Assembly (NCBI RefSeq): GCF_009914755.1
Contig: NC_060928.1
Strand: one strand, 5' to 3'
Length of the DNA stretch: 64,000 bases
Source: the human T2T-CHM13v2.0 reference genome, Homo sapiens
Shown here: one piece after another, positions 40,600 to 51,150 of the stretch
Numbering within the stretch: position 1 is the first letter of the stretch
Layout of the letters: each line of letters starts with the position of its first letter
Notes under the pieces: model-generated
Told to the model about the DNA's origin: nothing
Seen by the model: only the letters and a program-made list of their open reading frames with translations
Databases searched by the model: none
Translations under genes and position numbers: made by a program

Positions 40600-40812
40600 A
40601 TACTGTAAACATCATTTACATATAAAACATTTTAATGAATATATTGCATTTGCTGTTTGGACATGACATAATTTATTTAACCAGTCTAATGTTGATGTAC
40701 ATTGTTGTTCCTTATTTCTTACCATTGCAGTAATTTTACTGCAGTTAACATTTGAATGTATTTTTCATAGAATGAATTCCCACAAATCCAATTGCTGTGT
40801 CAAAGCATATGG
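40600..40812 (-). mobile_element. Ancient L1M/L1ME 3' fragment
   Basis: cataatttatttaaccagtc..ttgatgtacatt..aattgctgtgtcaaagcatat motif order. Confidence 0.55.
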
Positions 40813-40814
40813 CC

Positions 40815-41096
40815 TTTTTTTTTTTTTAATTATACTTTAAGTTCTAGGGTACATGTGTACAACATGCAGGTTTGTTACCTATGTATACATGTGCCATACT
40901 GGTGTGCTGCACCCATTAACTTGTCATTTATGTTAGGTATATCTCCTAATGCTATCCCTCCCTGCTCCCTCCATCCAACAACAGGCCCTGGTGTGTGATG
41001 TTCCCCTTCCTATGTCCAAGTGTTCTCATTGTTCAATTCCCACCTATGAGTGAGAACATGCAGTGTTTGGTTTTTTGTCCTTGCAATAGTTTGCTT
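40815..41096 (-). mobile_element. Short L1PA 3' end
   Basis: Poly-T then attatactttaagttctagggtacatgtg...gcaatagtttgct; very similar to 10290-10560. Confidence 0.92.
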
Positions 41097-42249
41097 ATTT
41101 GCTAATTTTTCCATATTCTTTAAGTTACCATTAAAACCCTGTTCCCTCTCAAACAGGTTTTGGAAAGAGATCATAGAAAATTAATGCCACCCTCTACCAT
41201 TATTTCCCCTCAGAACACTCATTTGTTTTACTTCATAGAAATTCTTTTTATATGTTTATTGTATCGTTATTTATTTAATGTCAATCTCTTTTGCTTAACT
41301 GTAGGATCCATAATAGTAGGAACTCTTCTGTTGTTCTGTTTTGTTGGTATCCCAGAACTTTGCCCAATGTCTTAACATTAAAAGAGAGCCATAATCGTTT
41401 GAAGAATAATGATCTAATTTTATGTGTTTTTATATGTCTAAAGGCTATAAATTTCCTTAATCACTTCAGGAAACACTGCAACCAAGATTATAGATTACAG
41501 AATATTGTTTAAAAGTTGTTGCAAAACACATTGCTTTCATTTAGTTATTTGTATTTTCCCTTGCTGATTAGCAGAAACGTTTTGGTTTTGTTTTCTTCCT
41601 TAATGTTTAATCTCCATGTGCACTTAAGAAGATAGGGGAAATTACACTGTAAGTGTTACCAAATTTTTTTTTTAAGCATGACATCTATCATGTCTGCATT
41701 AATGACATACTAATCACTATAAGTATTGGAGTGCTGAAAGAACACACAAGTCTCAAACAGTTTTTACTCCTAGATCTTTTTTATTACAGGCAAAGGGCAG
41801 AAAATAGCAAAACAAAGGAAAGTTATACACTGAAATATTTCCTGACATCTCAGGTGCAGCTGGTCCTCCCACACTGGGCCAGATAAAACAGGAAGCATAT
41901 TGCCATCTGCTCTTGAACCATCAGCAAAAGACCTTGGTGCCAGGACAGCTAAGACAACTTTTGGTGAGAATATTTATGGTGAACTGGTCATGCAGACACA
42001 TTGTATCTATGTTCCCAGTCCTAACTGTTGAACTTCTCCAACTCCAAGTCTCCATGAAAACCAAGTGGTAATCATAATTATTATTATTACTAAACAATAC
42101 TGACAAACTAGAAATCATTAGTTTCATGGCTTCAAGGTTTGGACAAAATCAGTAACTCTGGAGAAAAGCATGAAATCAATACAGGGTACCCAAAACCCAT
42201 ACTGTGCAAATGCAAATAGAACATAGAGCATGCATAATATTTTACAGTT

Positions 42250-42810
42250 CTTCCATGCAATACCACATTTAAGCATTACACAAATAAGAGGAAGGTACTA
42301 TACTTTCCATTACATTACAGAAGTGAATATTGAACTAAGAAAGATTAGGGGATTACTCAGAATCAAATTGTACTAGCTCATTCTCATATTGCTATAAAAA
42401 ACTACCTGAGACTTGATAATTTACAGAGAAAAGAAGTTTAATTGGCTCACAGTTCCACAGGCTGTAGAGGAGGCATGGTTGGGGAGGCCTTGGGAAACAT
42501 ATAATCATGGCAGAAGGTGATGTGGAAGCAAGCACGTCTTCCATGGCAGCAACACACCGAAAGTAAAGGGGAAAGTTCTACCCATTTTTAAGCAATCAGA
42601 TCTCATGAGAACTCACTACCACGAGAACAGCAAGAGAGATAATCTGCTCCCATGTTCCAGTCACCTCCCACCAGGCCCATTCCCCAACACTGAGGATTAC
42701 AATTCAGCATGAGTTTTGGGTGGGGACACAGAACCAAACCATATCACAAATAATCAGCAAACAATAGCCCTGGAAATAAAACTCATGTATTTAGATGTTA
42801 AGTCCAGATG
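42250..42810 (-). mobile_element. MIR interrupted by an MSTA LTR
   Basis: gaaggtactatactttccatt..acagaagtgaatattgaact on the left continues as caaataatcagc..tagatgttaagtcca on the right. Confidence 0.55.
42369..42746 (-). mobile_element. MSTA solo LTR (MaLR)
   Basis: tgtactag..attgctataaa..caggctgtagaggaggcatgg..aaccatatca with 5-bp TSD caaat (42364-42368 and 42747-42751). Confidence 0.9.
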
Positions 42811-43079
42811 ATTTTTCTATTTCAACAAAACTGACTGAAGCAATCCACTTTCTCTAGATTTTTCTGAAAGAGCTTTTAAAAAGTTGATAAAATAGTAGAG
42901 TTGACTGTTGTCAGCATTGACATTTATTATGCATCTTTCTCTTATTTATAATCTGTAACTTGTGACAATTTATCCTATAAATCCTAAAAATTTTATATGT
43001 CCCCCTATTTCTATTGTCCTTATAGTAAATGTGAATAATTAATTTGAAGTCATTCATCAATTCATGATCTTCATATATG

Positions 43080-44290
43080 TCCAAGCTCTTTAGTTTATCT
43101 AGGGCCCACTTTTCAATTTTTGTTATTGTTGCAATTGCTTTTGAGGAACTAGCAAAAAATTCTTTTCCAGGGCTGATATTCAGAAGAGTTTTTCCTAGAT
43201 TTTCTTTTAGGATTTTTATAACTTGAAGTCTTACATTTAAACCTTTAATCTATCTTGATTTGATTTTTTGTATATGGTGAAAAGTAGAAGTTCAGTTTCA
43301 GTCTTCTGCATATGGCTAGCCAGTTATTTCATGACTGTTTATTGAATAGAAAGTCTTTTCCCCATTGTTTGTTTTTGTGTGACTTGTTGAAGATCAGATG
43401 GTTGTAGGTATGTGGCTTTATTTCTGAGTTTTCTATTCTGTTCCATTGATCTGTGTGTCTTTTTTTTTCCCCCCAGTACCACGCTGTTTTGGTTTCTGTA
43501 GCCTTATGGTATAATTTGAAGTTGGATATTGTGATGTGTCTGGCTTTGGTCTTTTTGCTTAGAATTCCTTTGGCTATTCAAAATCTTATTTGGTTCCATA
43601 TGAATTTTAGAATTATTTTTTCTAATTCTATGACAATTGTCATTGATAATTTGATAGAAATAGCATTGACTGAGTAAATTGCTTTGGGCAGTATGGGCAT
43701 TTTAATGATCTTAGTTCTTCCTATTCATGAGAATGAATTATTTATTTATTTGTGTCATCTCTGATTTCTTTCAGCAGTGGTTTGCGTTTTTTGTAGACAT
43801 CTTTCACCTCCATGGTTAGATATATTCTTAAGTATTTTATTTTCTTTGTGGCTATTGAAAATGGGATTGTGTTCTTGATTTTACTCTCAGCCTGCATGCT
43901 CTTGAAATAGAAATGTTACATATTTTGTACACTGATTTTGTATCCTGTAACCTTGCTACAGTCATGTATCAGTTCTTGTAGTTTTTTTGCAGAATCTTTA
44001 GGGTTTTTGAGGTATAGAATCATATCATTAGCAAAGAGAGTTAGTTTGCCTTGTTTTTATTCTACTTGGATTGTTTTTATTTCTCTCTTTGGCCTGATTG
44101 CTCTGTTTTGGACTTCCAGAACTATATCAAATAGGGATGGTGAGAATGGGCATCCTTTTCTTGTTCCAGTTCTCAAGGGGAATTTTTCAACATTTTGCCC
44201 ATTCATTATGATGTTGGCTGTGGGTTTGTCATATATGGCTCTTATTATTTTGAGGCATTTTCCTTTGATGACTACTCTGTTGAGGGTAAA
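43080..44290 (-). mobile_element. L1 (L1PB/late L1PA-like) ORF2 internal fragment
   Basis: Antisense ORF2 sequence collinear with about 11270-12480 but more diverged; no 3' UTR. Confidence 0.85.
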
Positions 44291-44309
44291 AGGAACTGAG
44301 TTTGATGGG

Positions 44310-45175
44310 TCTTTAGTGTGAGATCTTAGGTGTATCTGGCTAGAAGTTAGGCTGTGTTTACTGTTTGTTGTAATTGTAGTGTCAGTGGCTAAATTTTTCT
44401 CTGGTGTCCATCTTTGTCCCCTTTACTGTCTTTGAGTTTTACTAGAGACTGCTACAATAGCATCTGAGGATTACAATACTTTACCTATAATCCTGTGTTT
44501 TACCACCACAAGCCCTAGCATGTGGTGGTAGTTGTGGAGAGAGGGGAAGCACTTATAGACTTATGATTGGTTCTTGGTCTTTTATTGAGCCTGAGTTGGA
44601 CATTTCCCTTTCCTCGTATTAAAGATTAGAGGAAGCTACAGTTCTCTCCCTTCTCCAGATTGGTTAGGCTTTGGCAAAACCCCAGTTGGTAAGGCTTTGA
44701 TAAAATAGGTTTCCTTGAGTGCATGCCTTATTAAGAAGAACAGAGTGTTCTTGTCTTATTTCAAATGGTTAGTTTTTCTCTTTCCTGCTGGAAGCAAAGG
44801 GGATTTTTCTCAGATCTTCATAGTTAGAACCTGGTAGGGCTCCTGGAAATAAAACTAAAGAAAGTGTTGAGGATCTCCCCAAGTCTGGCTTCCCTTTAAT
44901 CTAGTGCACACTAACTAAGCCTTTAGCAACTTGTCAATGACAGTTTAATATGATCCTACCAATCCTGATTTCAGCTGTGGGCTTTTGTTCCTCTGCTTTT
45001 TTTGCTAATAAGCTGTAATTCTGTACATTCAACCATCTGTCTCTCCAGTTTTGGTGGTAGTCATTCGCAATTCTATAATGAATCTAAAAAGAGTTTTTTA
45101 CTTTGTAGTTTGTACAATCTTTTCATGTTCAGAAGATGACTACTTCTAAGTTTTTTACATATTGGACCAGAAATA
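44310..45175 (-). mobile_element. Ancient L1M 5' UTR-like region
   Basis: Resembles L1MC/MD 5' ends, finishing cttctaagtttttacatattggaccagaaa; recalled from consensus only. Confidence 0.5.
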
Positions 45176-46139
45176 ACTTCAGGTGTTACTTAAAAGTAAC
45201 TGCTCACAGCAATTATTCACTGTACTTCATTGTTGCAGGACCTTTGGCAAATCAAAACTAGGCTCTGGCTAAATGGAAAATAATGCAGCATAGGATCAAG
45301 AATAAAAGAAGCAAAAGATAACTACTTCCTGGCTGACTGAATATTAAACCTTCTGAATATAATAGTAAATTCATAGAGGTCTTAATTTACCTATTCAAAT
45401 AATAGTAATTTTTTCCTACTTGTCATTAGTTTCTTCCTGTAATATGAATTATTCTCTATCTTTTTTTAAATAGGTTATTTGCTGTTCCCTTTGTGGGCCA
45501 ATTTACACCTTTTGGGAGTAGACACAGATAATTTCAGAATGATTTAGGAACCAGCTGGATACATTAACTTGCCATGTATTTTCTCTGCCTATGAAGAGAA
45601 CATCTGCTAGATATGCTGGAATGGAGTATGCTTTTGTCTTCACAATGAATCAGATGTCTTCTTGTATTTCCATTCTAAAGAGAAAATGTTGCTATGGTGC
45701 TTTTAAAAAATCCAACCTGTAAGTAACAATTTGTTAACACACCCTGGCAGAATTACATTTTATTTTAGGGTCTTGAATGGAATGTATTATCACTGCACAA
45801 AGAGTTTAGGGAAAACAAAATGAGCTGAGATCATGACTGCCATGGTCTTCTTTAGGTTGTTAAATCTCCTACTGGGAAAACACAAGAAATATTAATAATT
45901 TGACAGGAACTGTCAGGGTTCTATGGTGGTCTTATGCCAAGCAGGCTTAGTGATATTTGAAGGAAAGTAATCATAAATACACTAGAGAAAGGCCTAACTA
46001 GAAAACTGTTTTCATTTTATAGTAGCTCTTTTAACAATTAAAAACAATATACTTGCTATCAGCTAAGATAATAATTTTTAATACAAAAATACTGATGATT
46101 ACGTTTCATTCAAATGGTAATATATTAAAATTATATACG

Positions 46140-46604
46140 AATCTATTATATGTACTTAATTTTATCTCTATCTGTCTTACCCTGTCCTTAGTTGAAGCTA
46201 CCACTATTCCTTCTTTGATACATTGAAATAATCTCCTAATGAATCTCTCCAAATCTATTCTGTCCCTCTTAGATCACTCATTCACACACTAAATGGGTGG
46301 ACCTTTTCAAAAATCATATTTGATGTTCATACCCACTGTTTAGAACACACTGACTTTCTATCACTCCTCTTATAAAGACCTACAGAGCTCTGCATGCCCT
46401 GGCCCCTAGCCATCTCTCAGCTCTCTGGTTCTCTGTGCTCACTATCACTCACGTCTTTCCTCTCTTCCTACACATTTGGCTTATACCACTAGGTGGTCTC
46501 CGGCATGTTGATTCCGCTGTTTGACCCCTGTTTCTTCCCGATTGTCCTTAGTTAACTCCCACTCACCCCCCAAAATAGCATTTATTGTTACACCTCTTCT
46601 CCTT
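46140..46604 (+). mobile_element. L2 fragment, continuing at about 49015-49120 after the nested LTRs
   Basis: ccttagttgaagctaccact..aataatctcctaatgaatctc..ttaactcccactcacc. Confidence 0.6.
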
Positions 46605-46840
46605 CAGCATCAGGTCAGGTTGCATCAGCAAGGCGCACCAGGTGCTGCAGGTGGGGAGGGCAGCTCCAGGTGCTGGCTCAGGAACTGGCTCTGTAGGAGG
46701 CCTCCGCTAGGCCACACCACAAGCAGCTTCTGCGGTGGGCACCAACATCTGGACGAGGGGAATATGGTGGCACTCACTCGAAAACTTAAAGACACCAGCA
46801 ACCATGGAGCGTCAAGGAATTGGGGTACGTGTACTACAGC

Positions 46841-48225
46841 TGTGTCCGGAATTGGTGGGTTTCTGGTCTCACTGACTTCACGAATGAAGCCGCGGACCCT
46901 CGCGGTGAGTGTTACAGCTCTTAAGGTGGCGCGTCTGGAGTTTGTTCCTTCTGATGTTCGGATGTGTTCGGAGTTTCTTCCTTCTGGTGGGTTCGTGGTC
47001 TCGCTGGCTCAGGAGTGAAGCTGCAGACCTTCGCGGTGAGTGTCACAGCTCTTAAGGCAGCGCGTCTGGAGTTGTTGGTTCCTCCCGGTGGGCTCGTGGT
47101 CTCGCTGGCTTCAGGAGTGAAGCTGCAGACCTTCCCGGGGAGTGTTACAGCTCATAAAAGCAGCGTGGACCCAAAGAGTGAGCAGTAGCAAGATTTATTG
47201 CAAAGAGCGAAAGAACAAAGCTTCCACAGTGTGGAAGGGGACCCCAGCAGCTTGCCACTGCTGGCTCGGGCAGCTTGCTTTTATTCTCTTATCTTGCCCT
47301 ACCCACATACTGCTGATTGGTAGAGCTGAGTGGTCTGTTTTGACAGGGCGCTGATTGGTGCGTTTACAATCTGTGAGCTAGACACAAAGGTTCTCTACAT
47401 CCCCACCAGATTAGCTAGATACAGTGTCCACACAAAGTTTCTCCAAGGCCCCACCAGAGTAGCTAGATACAAGTGTCCATTGGTGCATTCACAAACCCTG
47501 AGCTAGACACAGGGTGCTGATTGGTATATTTACAATCCCTGAGCTAGACATAAAGGTTTTCCACGTGCCCACCAGACTCAGGAGCCCAGCTGGCTTCACC
47601 CAGTGGATCCCGCACCGGGGCTGCAGGTGGAGCTGCCGGCCAGTCCCTCGCCGTGCGCCTGCACTCCTCAGCCCTTGGGTGGTCGATGGGACTGGGCGCC
47701 CTGGAGCAGGCGGCGGCGCTCATCGGGGAGGCTCAGGCCGCACAGGAGCCCACGGAGGGAGTGGGAGGCTCAGGAATGGCGGGCTGCCTGTCCCGAGCCC
47801 TGCCCGGCGGGACGGCAGTTAAGGCCCAGCGAGAAATCGAGCGCCCCGCCGGTGGGCTGGAAGTGCTGGGGGACCCAGTACATCCTCCGCAGCTGCTGGC
47901 CTGGGTGGTAAGTCCCTCACTGCCCGGGGCAGCAGGGCCGGCCGGCTGCTCCGAGTGCGGGGCCCGCCAAGCCCACGCCCACCCGGAACTCCAGCTGGCC
48001 CGCAAGGGCGGCGCGCAGCCCTGGTTCCCGCTAGCGCCTCTCCCTCCACACCTCCCTGCAAGCCGAGGGAGCCGGCTCCGGCCTTGGCCAGCCCTGAAAG
48101 GGGCTCCCAGGGTGCAGCGGTGGGCTGAAGGGCTCCTCAAGTGCCGCCAAAGTGGGAGCCCAGGCAGAGGAGGCGCCGAGAGCAAGCAAGGGCTGTGAGG
48201 ACTGCCAACACGCTGTCACCTCTCA
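46841..48225 (-). mobile_element. LTR12C-type solo LTR (ERV9)
   Basis: tgtgtccggaattggtggg...cgctgtcacctctca, 1385 bp, TSD cagc (46837-46840 and 48226-48229); U5 repeats gagtgaagctgcagaccttc and U3 repeats gagctagaca/ctgattggt. Confidence 0.95.
47279..48200 (-). promoter_or_regulatory. LTR12C promoter/enhancer: CCAAT (NF-Y) boxes, TATA-like AATAAAA and a CpG-rich U3
   Basis: ATTGG motifs at about 47316, 47354, 47479 and 47520; ttttatt at 47279-47285; dense CpG at about 47600-48200. Confidence 0.7.
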
Positions 48226-49401
48226 CAGCTTTCTTGTTTCTACCCCCCACAGCTTGGCTGACAGAGTGGGGCATGTTCTCCGCTTGTGCAGTCCCACTGC
48301 CTTGTTCCGGCCTGTGTCTGCCAGGCTGATCCAGCTCTGCTGCTGCTTCCCCTCATGTGGGGTAGCCATGCCACGCCGGCAGAGGATGAGCGGGCTATAG
48401 GGTTACAGCTCTGGCTCAGGAAATCCCAAGGTCTGGACCCCTGGAAGTGTCGCCACTCTACACTCCCACAGGCCAATGAACGGGAATGTATTACTGCCCA
48501 CAGCTTTGTGAGCCATCCACGAATGCATTATAGCCCTTTTTGCTCCCACTCACAGCTAGGTGAGCCAGCCATGAAAGTGTTACAGCTCTTTTCACGCCCA
48601 CTGTTTGGCAGGTCCCGAGTTCTTGTACCACGTCCAGGAAGAATGGGGTTATGCAGACACCTGAAGAATGAGCAAGGTGAAGAGTTTTACTTAGCAACAG
48701 AACAGTTCTCTGCAGACAGGATACCTGAAGTGGATAGCTCCTGGTGCTTTTATGGTCTCAGAATAGAGGAAGTGCATGTTGATTGGTCCATGGGCAAGAG
48801 GAAGTGCATGCTAATTGGAACATAGACCTGTCTGAAAAAATTACCATTTGATTGGCTGAAAGCCATCAAGGAAGTTTGCACTCCCAGTTGTGGATTCTAC
48901 CTAGAATTGACAGCCCAGTTTTCAGGCTTCAGGCTGTCTTTGGCTTGAAGGTCGGGTTTCAGTGGGGACCTGCCCCATCTGCCCAGGAATTTGTCTGCCT
49001 CCTGCCCCCTATCAAGATCTTCCATGAAACACTGTCAGTTGCCCATACCTTTTCTCTGTAGAACTCACCACTAGTGACTATCATGCCATGACAATAACAT
49101 TCACTGAACAGATGCATTTGAATCTTATTTGACATTTAATTGAAGAAGGCATGCATGTGGTGACAAATATATTCCAGGTACATTTTACATGAATGGAGAT
49201 GCACAGGCATACATTAAGACAGAGAGAGAAAGATTGAAAGAGTAATGTAGAACTGACACCTCCCTAATCAATGATACTTTTTCAATAAGTCAAAATATAT
49301 GTTAGTGTTCATACTGAAATGCAGATGTGCTTTATTGTGTTGGTATGTGATACAATACCATGATTATGTATCTCCTTTCACATTTGCTGTAAAAATTAAT
49401 A

Positions 49402-50372
49402 CAGTTGATCTGCATTATTCAGATTCTGTATTTGCAATTTGTCTTCTCCCTACAATTTATTTGTAGTCCCCAAATTATTAATTCCTGTATTTTTATGTCA
49501 TTCCAGACATATGCAGAGCTGCAAAAAATTGAGTCCCTCAACATATATATTCCAAGCTAAGATTGAACAAGAAGACCCTCTGCGTATTAGTCTGCTTTCA
49601 TGCTGCTGATAAAAACATACCCAAGACTAAGCAATTTAGAAAAGAAAGGTTTAATTGGATTTACAGTTCCACATGGCTGGGGAGGCCTCACAATCATGGT
49701 GGAAGGCAAGGAGGAGCAAATCACATCTTACGTGGATGGCGGCAGACATAAGAGAGCTTGTGCAGGGCCACTCCCATTTTTAAAACCATCAAATCTTATG
49801 AGACTGATTCACTATCACAAGAACAGCGCAGGAAAGATCCATCCCCATAATTCAATCACCTCCTACTGAGTTCCTCCCACAACACATAGGAATTGTGGGA
49901 GTTACAATTCAAGACGAGATTTGGGTGGGGATACATCAAAACCATATCACTCCACCTTCTTGTTTTAGATCTCATACAGAGATGGCCAGAGAATAAAAAT
50001 GGTCGAGGGCAGGGCAATGTAGTGCAAGAAGCTCTTGCTCTGGGACCAGTTGGAGCAGGTGTAAAATCCAACTCTGGTACCTGTAGTGGAATGGCCTCAG
50101 GCAAGTGATTTACTACTGTCAACTTGCTTTTCTCTTTTGAAAAATAAAGAATATATATATACACACACATACATATGTGTGTGTGTTGTATAAATGCAAT
50201 ATCACATTATTACACACACAAAGAATATGTGTGTGTGTGTGTGTATCTCCAATGCAGGATCAATACACATACACACACATCTGTTTCTCTTGGGATCAGT
50301 GGTTAAGTATTAAGTAATTCAGTGTTTCTAGTGCATCCTAGAATAAAACTAACATGAATAATGAAATGACTT
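49402..50372. mobile_element. Non-autonomous TcMar-Tigger DNA transposon (MER82-like), interrupted by a THE1 LTR and microsatellites
   Basis: Begins ta|cagttgatctgcattattc and ends gaataatgaaatgact (degenerate TIRs); sequence is continuous across the THE1 insertion. Confidence 0.6.
49583..49949 (-). mobile_element. THE1A/B solo LTR
   Basis: gtattagtc..gctgctgataaa..ggaggagcaaatcacatcttacgtggatggcggcag..aaccatatca; TSD ctctg / ctcca, consistent with opposite CpG decay of ctccg. Confidence 0.92.
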
Positions 50373-51150
50373 TATGCTGAAAATAAATATAAATTAAAAT
50401 TCATTGGTCTCTGAAACATATAGTCTATTGGCCATAGGTTGGAAAATGATGATTTTAACAAAGACTTTAAAATTTAAATTAATTTGTATCCAGGGAAATT
50501 AAAATAATTTTCTGAAGTCACACAGCTACACATCCAGATAATATATCTATAACTCAGATATTCTGATTCTTTCAGAATGCTAAATTTTTACCATATTACA
50601 CAGACTCGTGTGTGTGTGTGTGTTTCAGTTTCTCTCTGTGTCTCCAGTCATTCTGTCTCTATCTCTCTCTTCAAGAAAGTGATATCCAAAATAAGAAATG
50701 AATAAAGAGAGAAAGGAAATTAGAGTATAGAAACCAGTATATGAGGTAAAGTTGTCTATAATGGTGGGATCTTTGGTTTCTTATTCTCTCAAAGTCCTGT
50801 TTGCTTTTGTACAAAGTGAAGATAATAGCATCTACCCTGAAAGGTTTTTGTTGTGAGTTTCAAATAGGAATGATTTGCAATTTAATCCAAATTTTCAAAT
50901 GGTACTGGAGAAAGTCAGAGGTAAATTAATCTCCTGTACATGACTTACTTTCAAAATATAAGCAGGAACAATTTTTGAGTTGAATAGAATTTAAAATCCA
51001 GTAACTAATGTTGCAAAATTATCAGACCTGACAAAGTTTTCTAAGAAAGAAATTGATGTTACAAGTCAAAATTTAAAATTTATTGCCTAGTTATTTTGTT
51101 TTGCTTTTAACATGCTGTCTTTAATTGAAAAGTAAATATTTACTAACTAG

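Larger units (their letters stand above)
46605..49014 (-). mobile_element. LTR27/LTR28/MER52-like ERV1 LTR, split by LTR12C; left end not clearly intact
   Basis: gggcagctccaggtgctggc, caagcagcttc, gtgttacagctctttt..ggtcccgagttcttgt..ccaggaagaatg and the terminus tgtctgcctcctgccccctatca. Confidence 0.7.

Noticed and set aside
46586-46604. tgtta as the left terminus of the LTR27/28-like element
   Set aside because: No matching TSD (ttat versus agat), and the stretch fits the flanking L2 better.
46521-48825. Overlapping 100-181-aa ORFs as host genes
   Set aside because: They lie within GC-rich LTR12C and its host LTR, where stop codons are scarce; no recognisable domains.
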